A stretch of 60,000 nucleotides of DNA. It comes from Lytechinus pictus. Taxonomy: Eukaryota. Within the stretch, counting starts at the first letter, position 1; the number at the start of each line of letters is the position of its first letter. The notes below the pieces were generated by a model. The model was not told the DNA's origin. It ran no database searches and saw only the letters and a program-made list of their open reading frames with translations. A program made the translations under genes and the position numbers. This document shows, piece after piece, positions 50,847-60,000 of the stretch. The stretch is taken from NCBI RefSeq assembly GCF_037042905.1, contig NC_087251.1, forward strand, positions 16,494,001 to 16,554,000, given 5' to 3'.

Positions 50847-51395
50847 TGATTTTGGACAATGAGGTTACTACTGACCAAGGTTAAGATGATAGGTCACATA
50901 TCAAGTGACCATGACCAACAACCAGTGTTGGTGATTTGTGATGTTGGTGATGATGTAAGTTGGTCACCTTGGAAACAACTGATAATCAGTCTCAACTGGG
51001 TGATATAGTTTAAATTTTAACTTGTGGGTGAAAGCTAATGATATGAAGGTAATATTTGTCCACATTGCCGTTTCCTGTAATAACTTTACTACCATATCTG
51101 ATTACTTATGAATTCATGTACTTGCAATATGGGTATGTATTTGTGATACTAGTAAAGTCATTTCATTGAAGTGGTAGAATTTATAGATACATGTAAATTC
51201 TGGTACTGCTATAATATTAGTGATATGAATCAAGTTTTTACATTTTCTCAAGTCTTGCTGATTTAAACCCCATTCTTCCATGTGCTTGTTTTTTTTCCAT
51301 GTGCTTGTTTGTTTAACCTGACTAAAGATAGAAGTATAGAAATAAATTTTACTTTGAATTTTCCTTTAATACATGTATATCTTAATTTTTCCTAG

Positions 51396-51446
51396 GTTGG
51401 CCTTTTCACAGAAATTGGACCTTTGTCATGTTTCATCTCAAGACAT
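51396..51446 (+). CDS. POLR2G: RPB7 exon 4
   Basis: VGLFTEIGPLSCFISRH; TAG and GTGAGT boundaries. Confidence 0.96.
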
Positions 51447-51457
51447 GTGAGTACTTA

Positions 51458-52611
51458 TTTTTGTCTCACCTGCGAAGCAGAGTGAGACTATAGGCGCTGC
51501 TTTTCCGACGGCGGCTGCGGCGTCAACACCAAATCTTAACCGAAGTTTTTTAAATGACAGCATAACTTAGAAAGTGTATGGACCTAGTTCATGAAACTTG
51601 GCCATAAGGTTAATCAAGTATTACTGAACATCCTGCCGTAGTTTCAGGTCACATGACCAAGGTCAAAGGTCATTTAGGGTCAATGAACTTAGACCATGTT
51701 GGGGGAATCAACATCAAAATCTTAACCTAAGGTTAAGTTTTTGAAATGTCATCATAACTTAGAAAAGATATGGACCTAGTTCATGAAACTTAGACATAAG
51801 GTTAATCAAGTATTACTGAACATCCTGCTTGAGTTTCACGTCACATGACCAAAGTCAAAGGTCATTTAGGGTCAATGAACTTTGGCCAAATTGGGGGTAT
51901 CTGTTGAATTACCATCATAACTTTGAAAGTTTATTGGTCTAGTTCATAAAACTTGGACATAAGAGTAATCAAGTATTACTGAACATCCTGTGCGAATTTC
52001 AGGTCACATGACCAACGTCAAAGGTCAATAAACTTTGGCCATAATGGGGGTATCTGTTGAATTACCATCATAACTTTGAAAGTTTATGGATCTGATTCAT
52101 GAAACTTGGACATAGAGTAATCAAGTATCTTTGAACATCCCGTCCGAGTTTCAGGTCACATGACCAAGGTCAATGAACTTTGGCCATGTTGGTTTTTTTT
52201 TTTGAATTACCATCATATTGGTGTAATTGTATTTGTCTAGTTCATAAAACGTGGACATAAGAGTAACCAAGTATCACTGAACATCTTGTTTGAGTTTCAG
52301 GTCACATGACGAAAGTCAAAGGTCATTTTAGGTCATTGAACTTTGGCCATTTTAGAGGTGATTATTAGATTGCTGTCATAACTTTCAAAGTCTATAGATA
52401 TAGTGTATAAAATGTGGATATAGGGGTAATCAAGTATCACTGACAAGTTTTAGGTCACATGATCAAGGTCAAATATCAATGAACGTAGTATTGTATCATT
52501 ATATGAATGGTGTTTTTGTGAATAATTATTTTATAGTAGTTTTCAAAGTCAGTACTGCTGCTATATTGAATCGCGTGATGCAGGTGAGACCGCCAGAGGC
52601 ATTCCACTTGT
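51458..52611 (+). mobile_element. Second HINE/Tsp-like element, ~6 tandem units
   Basis: GTCTCACCTGC ... GCAGGTGAGAC; colinear with 10350-11841. Confidence 0.8.
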
Positions 52612-52771
52612 TCATGTAAGAAAATCATACGAAATCATATTATCTGTTGTTCTGTTCATGATTTGCAAATATTATTTTGTTGCTTAATTTCCCTACAAAA
52701 TTTGGAACATACAAAGCTAAGTTTCAATGTACATTGAAATTGGTGTGAGGCAAAGCTATGTCATCTGTTAA

Positions 52772-53528
52772 CCCTAATTCTCCCGGGGCCATAATGGCCC
52801 CCCCCTCGACAATTTTCGCGATATATCCGCTGCGCAAATTTTTTGACCTCACCGCTCACTGACTTTTTACTTTCAAGTCTCGCGCAAATTTTGAGACCAA
52901 ATTTGTGACGACCGGATACGCGGTTACGACATTACGCAACATTATGTAAGTGCATGTCAGACCCAAAATTGCTCACAAACATGATTTCATGTACAAATCC
53001 AATGCAAATTGTGTATTTAGCCAAAATTCATAAATGTATCATTATTTCTACTTTTACTGATTGAATTTAATTAATTTTGCCTTGCTTATGATCAGAATTA
53101 AGTCTGGAACGATTTCCATTGAAAAAACAATAAAAAAACAAAAAGTAAAAAAAACAAGGAAATACATAAGAAATTCATAAAACAATAAAATACATAAGAA
53201 ATTGATTTCCAAACTGAAGTTTTTTTTAATTGCGATTGTTAAGAATGCTACAAAGAATATTTTAACCAAAAATTAGCATTCTAGGAGCTTTATTTAGTGA
53301 ATTAGAGCAAAAAGTATGATTTATGCATAAATTAGCATAATTAATTCATATAAAATAAAATCTCATTATTTTGGAAAATTTTACCATACAGCCTTGTAGA
53401 TTACATCGCACACAACCAGCGTGCAAATTTTTGCGTCGCTCGAGCGATCAGCGGCCGAGATCTTAAGGGGGGGCCATAATGGCCCCCCCGGGAATGACAA
53501 GAATCAAAATACCCCGGGAGATTGAGGG
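52772..53528. mobile_element. piggyBac-like MITE
   Basis: TTAA|CCCTAATTCTCCCGGGG ... CCCCGGGAGATTGAGGG|TTAA; subterminal GGGGCCATAATGGCCCC palindromes at both ends. Confidence 0.88.
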
Positions 53529-53634
53529 TTAAGAAGACTCAACTTCAGGTGAATTTGAATGCAAAATTATGAAGTATATAACAGCCAACTCAAGTTTGCT
53601 TTTAAACGATGATCATTACTTGTTATATTTTCAG

Positions 53635-53700
53635 TCCATTCCAGCTGATATGGAATTCGACCCCAACTCAAATCCACCATGTTACAAGACGAAAGATGAG
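53635..53700 (+). CDS. POLR2G: RPB7 exon 5
   Basis: [22 protein letters not shown]. Confidence 0.96.
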
Positions 53701-54592
53701 GTAAGGTTCTTTTTCATGTCATCTTGGGACCCATAACACTAAGCTTAGTGATTGATCGTACATTTGATTTATGTGATTGATTGTTCATAGTTGTCAATCA
53801 ATCATAAAATTTAGACTTGTGATCAATTGTTACGCTTTGTGTTACAGATCCAGAGGCCAGTTTCTTGGGCAAGCCATCTACATGTGATAATGAATTAATG
53901 CACATTTCTTTGGGATATCCATTGACTTGGAAGGTTTCATGGAGCAGGCAGTGGATTTGTATGTGCTAAAATTGTGTGATTCTATTCACATTGTGAATGT
54001 AATTTCCATGTCCAGTTTAATTACCTATATTTTTCATATCAGTTTGCTATCAATTGTGCAATGTAGGATGAAATTACCAAAGGTTGTTTAAGTCTAACCA
54101 ATGGACTATTCAAAATACCATATGTTAAAAAGAAAGACTAGATGGTTTAAATACCATACGTTAAATAGAGGCAAATATACTCCAAAATTCATAATATAGC
54201 ATGTAATATTCCTATGAACTGCTATGAATATTTGCACGTAATGTAACAGATTATAATTCATGTTTCATGTGCAACTTTGTATTTATATGCATTATATGGA
54301 AACATCATGGCTTAGTGGTTCAGACTTTTGCCTTTTAAAAGATTGGTTGTATGTTTAAAACTCTTCCATGGTAATTTCCTTCAGCAAGAACTTCATCAAA
54401 AATGTGCACTCGACGTAGTTGAGGTGAATAGATTTTGAAAACTTGAATGCATTAACTCTCATGTAATATTTCAGCTACAACCAGGATAATAATATGCATA
54501 AGAACTGCACCTTAGAGATTGATCTACATATATTAGCAGTATTATTTTTCATTCAGTACATACGGTATCTGTCTACATCTTAATATTTGCAG

Positions 54593-54664
54593 GATATAGT
54601 AATACAGCAAGATGATGAGATCAGGTTAAAGATAGTTGGAACCAGGGTTGATGCATCAGACATT
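54593..54664 (+). CDS. POLR2G: RPB7 exon 6
   Basis: DIVIQQDDEIRLKIVGTRVDASDI. Confidence 0.96.
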
Positions 54665-55285
54665 GTAAGTTAAAGAAAATGTATATGTTTATTCATGTTG
54701 TGATTTCAATGTCTGGTAAATGGTAATGGTGTTGATGTTAAATGCACAATTTAATTTGCCATCCCTTGCTTCAACATCTCCTGTGAGTTTACAGAAATGA
54801 CCCAAATCAATATCTTAGTGAGATACATCCAAGGAGCATACACTTTATGTTTGGTGCTGTGCTGAGCTAGTGTGAAAAGTCACCCAACATCAACACTAAA
54901 AGGTTAACACCTGACTTGAAATCACTGATGTGTATATATTGAGATGGGCTGGGATGAAGGTGAAAGAAAGAAGTTTTAGTGATCAGAGCCTTGAGTGCAC
55001 GAATCTTATACATAATGTGTAAGAATTGAATTATCTGGGTGAATTGTATCCATTAGCCCTAGCCTTAAACTTGTTCAGTTATTATATTGTATCATATGAA
55101 GGTATTTAAAATTCAGCCCCATTTGGTGAGGACTATATTTTCCAGGAGAATATGACAGAACAATTTCAGTGATTTGAGCTTTTCAGCATTCCATTGGAGG
55201 AAAGTGCCCAATGTACTTGTTTACCTACATGTATTTGTGTGTGTTATCTAATTCAATGTCTTTTCTTTACCCAACCTTTTCGCAG

Positions 55286-55319
55286 TTTGCTATTGGAACA
55301 CTCATGGATGATTATTTAG
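55286..55319 (+). CDS. POLR2G: RPB7 exon 7
   Basis: FAIGTLMDDYL(G). Confidence 0.95.
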
Positions 55320-56071
55320 GTGAGCTGATCCTATTTAGTTATATTTAATATAAAAGTTATTGCTCTTTGTATAATCTTCTATTTATTACTAATATATTTT
55401 TTTGTGTAACTGAAGTCATACTAATGTGTTTCATTGAGCTGCTCATAAAGTTACAAGTGAACTAATAAAGACTGGAATATTACAAGCCAAGTGGATTTCC
55501 TCACCCCTTTTAAATCTCATTAGTTATAGTTGAAATATGATAAATGTATATTCTTGTATTACATTAACCAATCTCTTTTTTGACAAAAAAAACCCCAACC
55601 AACCGTAAAACTTGGAGGTCTTCATTTTTTCATTCAAATTTTGACCCCCCTTCCCCCCCAAAATAGTGCTGACAGACCACTATAGCTTATTAGCACCGCC
55701 TCAGGCAAAACTGTAAAAGAAATATGTTTGCCGGTACCAAACAGGACAATATTGTAATAATGAATACAAGCTAGAAAATTGAGAAATCCTCTGTCCTATT
55801 TTAATATCATATTTTAAAATTTAATATCATGTGGAAAGTTTTATAGTAATAGTGAAATAATTAGATCTAAACCAGTTAGATTTTGCATCAATTTTTATTG
55901 GTGCGCTGAGTCCCAATCAGAGCAACGCCATCAGGCCCAGTTTGTTTTCAGTTTCAAGTGATAAAAGAATTAACTCGATGAATGTACATGATTATGAAAT
56001 TAGCTGATGTTTAAATTAGCTGCCCCACAGTTTCCTCTTGTTTTTAAGGCCCTAATGCATAATGTATGTAC

Positions 56072-56310
56072 TACTCTAACTGCTACTACTGCTACTACTG
56101 CCACTACTACTACTACTATACTACTATTGTTACTACTAATGCTACTACTAATACTACTACTATTACTACTACTACTACTCCTACTCCTTCTGCTTCTACT
56201 ACTACTACTACTACTACAACCACTACCACTTCTACTATTACTACTACTACTACTACTACCTCTAATACTACTATTTCTACTATTACTACTATTTCTACTA
56301 TTACTACTAC
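56072..56310. repeat. Imperfect (ACT)n microsatellite
   Basis: actactact runs; explains the poly-T and poly-L ORFs. Confidence 0.95.
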
Positions 56311-56407
56311 CCCTGTTTACTATTATCTTTTTCTCACTGTGTATCAGCAGATTTAGAACGTATATTACTGTGTTGTGTTTGTTTTGACTTCTTCCCCTCT
56401 TCTGCAG

Positions 56408-56421
56408 GTCTTGTGAGCTAA
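56408..56421 (+). CDS. POLR2G: RPB7 exon 8 (terminal)
   Basis: Strong polypyrimidine-CAG acceptor; (G)LVS*; total CDS 519 nt = 172 aa. Confidence 0.92.
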
Positions 56422-58097
56422 CGTCCCATAATGCATTTCAACCTGAACATATTTATGGACAGAAGACACAACATGAGTCAACTTTATGGATATCATTCAC
56501 TTATAATTTAATAGTCATACATCTTGGTAGAATTTGAACTTTCTTTGATTTCTATGATCACTGGTATAATGCTTACAATAGGGAACTTTCAAAAGAAATA
56601 TAAATGGGAGAGAAGACAGTAGTTTCAGATGAAAAGGCACCTGAAAGAATTTTTGAGTCATGTACAATCACATCTTTTAGTGGGAATCAAACCAAATAGC
56701 TCTTTATAGATTTTTTTTGCAGAAATGAATAAATGTCACATGGAATTTTGGAAAGCCATCGTGAAAGGCTGCATGAGGCAAAGTGGTTGACACCTCTCAT
56801 GCTATAGAGATACCGAAAGAAAATCAGGGGGCCATAACACAAAACTAAGTGATTGATCATACAGTTGATTTGTACACTTGATGGCACATAATGATCAATG
56901 TAATCGATCATAAAAGTTAACCTTATGATGAAGCACATTGCTTTGTATTATGAGGCCCAGGACTAAACATGCACAAATGGGTCTTTATCTGAATCTTCCT
57001 CCCCCAATTGTATTTCAAAGGTATTTTCATGTTAGAATAAATTATTTCCATCACAACATCATGGAAAATGTTATCTTTAATGAATAGCTCACAGGCTACA
57101 TCTATTTGGCAAGGTAACTGGAGAGTATATCCAGACAATGAAACTCAAGTTACAATGTTTAACTTGCATGCTATATATTAACTCTCAATGTGCCATTCAC
57201 TGCAATCAGCGAGTGCCACTTTTTTTTCAGTCTATATTTAAATGTTTTATTTATAAAAAAAGATAATCACTCATGAGACAATAATGTTAAACCTCTTGAT
57301 CATAAGCTGAACTGAACAATGGAATCACTCATGCATGCAATGCACTCTTCAAAATGCAATAGGCATAACAATAGCTGTATGACCATTGCACGAAAATGTG
57401 TTCGTGGCACTCCAGTGGATGCACAGATATGTGTTCATGGCACGTTAAGGGTTAATTGGAAATCTTGAGGAATCACAATAGTCTCTCAGGCAGACGTCAT
57501 TTACAATTCTGCAGTCAAATTTTGAAAAGTCCAAGTATTTCCAGCTCTCAGACCGATTTGTGTATTGCAGAATTTAGGTTACTTGAACAATTGTTGAATT
57601 AAATCATGGCATTGGAGAAGGGATGATTTCTTCCACAAAGTAGTCATTATCAGTTTCTGTTATTCACCCAAAAGCCTTTTGAAAAACATCTGCCTCAAAA
57701 TGTTACCAATATAATTCTTTTAGAAGTTTAATGGTTACTTTAATTCTCAGATAAACATCTTTAAGAAGAAGTTCAAGGTGATAAGTGGTACTGGGTAAAA
57801 AAAATATCGCTGATATATCGCTGAATATTACAACATGCCTTTTTGCTTCTGATGAATACACTCTTAACCCAATAAGTGGTTTGTTTCCAAAAGAAAACAT
57901 CTCTTGCATAATAAAGTTGAGGCTGCACAATGTATTGAAATCATTGAAGTTTCAAAGTCAAGATATTTGAAAAATATAATCTTCCTCAGCCCTACTGGCA
58001 CTTGAATACTTGGTCAGGAAGCTACTGTTCATCAATGGATTAATAGCAGCAGATGTTTAGGTGAGAGATTGCGCCAATATAATTTCTTCAAGTAATC

Positions 58098-58154
58098 TCA
58101 TCTCGGTGTATTCAAGGATAACTCTTGGTGCAAGAATGCCCATTCCAGTGTAGC
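58098..58154 (-). CDS. PREPL: Prolyl endopeptidase-like protein, terminal exon
   Basis: CAG acceptor; ATLEWAFLHQELSLNTPR*. Confidence 0.75.
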   Translation of the reverse strand, partial: ATLEWAFLHQELSLNTPR

Positions 58155-59011
58155 CTGTGAATAGTGCAAAAGAATATTAAAATTAAAAGACAGTATGATA
58201 ATGAATATCTTGAACAAAAGAATGATGACCAAATGGTGCACATTGGATTTCACATGAAAATTCTGAAATGAAAGAAAACATGGCTATAGGTAATGATTAT
58301 TCATAAATGCCTTTCATGTGTCATGATATGTATGTACTTGACAATGTTGAGTTCTGTATTATGTTGTAAATAAATTTTGTATATAACATAGAAGTCTTTA
58401 TAACTTAGTAACTTTATTAGCTTTGAGATCATTTTCCAATGACCACGCGTGCAGACCAATCTACGAGACTAAATGAACAAATTAATTTTAAACTATAGTA
58501 ATGGATCCAGTGACTACTGAATTATGTAATCCCCACACTGCATACAGCAACATTTTGTATTCATTTCTCAACCGATCTACCCCTCCTCCAGGCCAAAAGT
58601 GATCAATTAAATATACAACCTCACAAGAAATTTAGAATGACAATGTTCTGGGGAGCGTGTCATGAAAGGTTTAGTCGGTGATTATCACCGACTAATTTGC
58701 TCTGAGCCAATGGGATACAAGGATTTGCAGTAGCTTATAACAATAATCGGTGAAAATCACCGACTATTTCATGAAATGCTAAATCAATCTCCATAATATA
58801 TCCTATTTATACTTTCCTTGGAATTTATTTCACCTGGGCCTTGAACAAATGGTAACTTTGCCATTCAAAGGTAACATCCATCAAATCCTCACTTTTGATT
58901 TGCTATTAAGCATTGTTACCATGGTAGTTGCCACTGGATGACAAAGTTACCCTACTAGTCACTTTCATGCGACATATCTCTAATTCTACCACTCCTGGAG
59001 ACATATCTCAC

Positions 59012-59209
59012 CTGGTCGACCCCACCATCGTCCTCATCAAGCCCAAAGTGACCTCCATCAGGACACATCCTCAACAGGAATGTAGGAAGGTGGAGCCCAT
59101 GACGATGGTCTCTTGTTCTGTCCCTCAGCCTTGCCACATACTTTGCAGGAATCCATGCTGGTACTCGCTGGTCACTCATAGAGGATGTGATGAGAATGGA
59201 TGGATAGTT
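59012..59209 (-). CDS. PREPL: Prolyl endopeptidase-like protein, penultimate exon (catalytic Asp and His)
   Basis: NYPSILITSSMSDQRVPAWIPAKYVARLR...GGHFG...DQ; 198 nt, phase 0/0. Confidence 0.85.
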
Positions 59210-59839
59210 CTGTAATTGAAAGGAAAAAGGTGAAAATGAGATTGACATAGGTACATGGTAAAAGACAAAGGAAAGTGGAGAAAGAAGGGAAAGGGAAATT
59301 AAGTAAGGAAAGAGAGGTTGAAATGAGAGAGAGAGGAATGCCTCTGACAGTTTTGCCTGCATTATGGATTCAACTATAATGAATAATTATTCAAAAAGAG
59401 AAAAAAAAGACCCATTCACTTCATAATAAGATCTCGAGTTCATTGACCTCAAATAACCTTTGACCTTGACTTAGAAATCCACTATACATTATTTGTGATA
59501 TGCCATAAATCACTTCATACAAGTTTCATTTTGAAAGTAATGAGAAAACTTTCTTTTCTCATCCAATTCAATTGATCTGAAGTGACAATCCAAGTAACAT
59601 AACAGTCCTATAATTCCAACATTATCTTGAGAATTAAAAGTCTTATGCTTCAAAAATTTTGTTGTTGATTTCAGTTTATTGACCCTAAATGATCTTCATT
59701 CAGTGACCTGTTATCCCCCTTTTGCTGGTACTTGATAATCATTACATTAAGTTTTACGAAATAAAAACTTCTACTAAAAATAACTTGTATCTTAATTATG
59801 ATACACATAGACATCTAGAGGGCCTCAAGGCAATCTTAC

Positions 59840-59989
59840 CTGTGATTTCAGATTATGGTAAGGGCAATAGGAAGATATACATTCCATTTCAGCTGCACTT
59901 CCCTTTGGGTCACCCCATTCTTCTACATCTTGAGAGGTCAAAGGTGAAGAAGAGTCTAACATGGATGACAGGATATCAACAAAAGGCAT
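59840..59989 (-). CDS. PREPL: Prolyl endopeptidase-like protein, internal exon; gene continues beyond the window
   Basis: MPFVDILSSMLDSSSPLTSQDVEEWGDPKG...ISSYCPYHNLKSQ|GTAAGA; S9A PF.D...PLT..EEWG.P..YCPY.N motif. Confidence 0.85.
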
Positions 59990-60000
59990 CTGAATGGCAT

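Noticed and set aside
56007..56387. Poly-Leu and poly-Thr (mucin- or signal-like) ORFs
   Set aside because: Translations of an intronic (ACT)n microsatellite
58955..59011. Read-through C-terminus VRYVSRSGRIRDMSHESD* for the peptidase
   Set aside because: A good CAG|GTGAGA donor at 59011 and a downstream exon with the expected terminal helix fit better

Overview
Eukaryotic, AT-rich, intron-rich animal DNA. The repeat landscape suggests a sea urchin or other echinoderm (inference). Four spliced housekeeping genes were reconstructed by hand: NUDT22-like (+, 4 coding exons, 8359-12541, 291 aa, with a probable GC-AG intron), GNMT (-, 5 exons, 32545-22939, 306 aa), POLR2G/RPB7 (+, 8 exons, 36890-56421, 172 aa) and the last three exons of a PREPL/oligopeptidase-B-like S9A peptidase (-, 59989-58098, continuing past the window). 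The most unusual region is the 12.7-kb first intron of POLR2G. It holds a 1.9-kb modular foldback element (about 725-bp inverted arms, 78-bp hairpin repeats, 49-bp repeats, 8-bp TSD) nested in a tiny TAG..CTA Academ-type element with a 9-bp TSD. It also holds an apparently full-length ~8.5-kb L1/Tx1-clade LINE with a ~3.3-kb spacer between ORF1 and ORF2. The rest of the window has nested non-autonomous DNA transposons (hAT-, Kolobok-, piggyBac-, Tc1/pogo-, Harbinger- and Helentron-like), a tRNA-derived SINE, microsatellites and local duplications. No CRISPR array or prokaryotic system is present. Family assignments come from terminal and TSD signatures and recalled motifs, not database searches.
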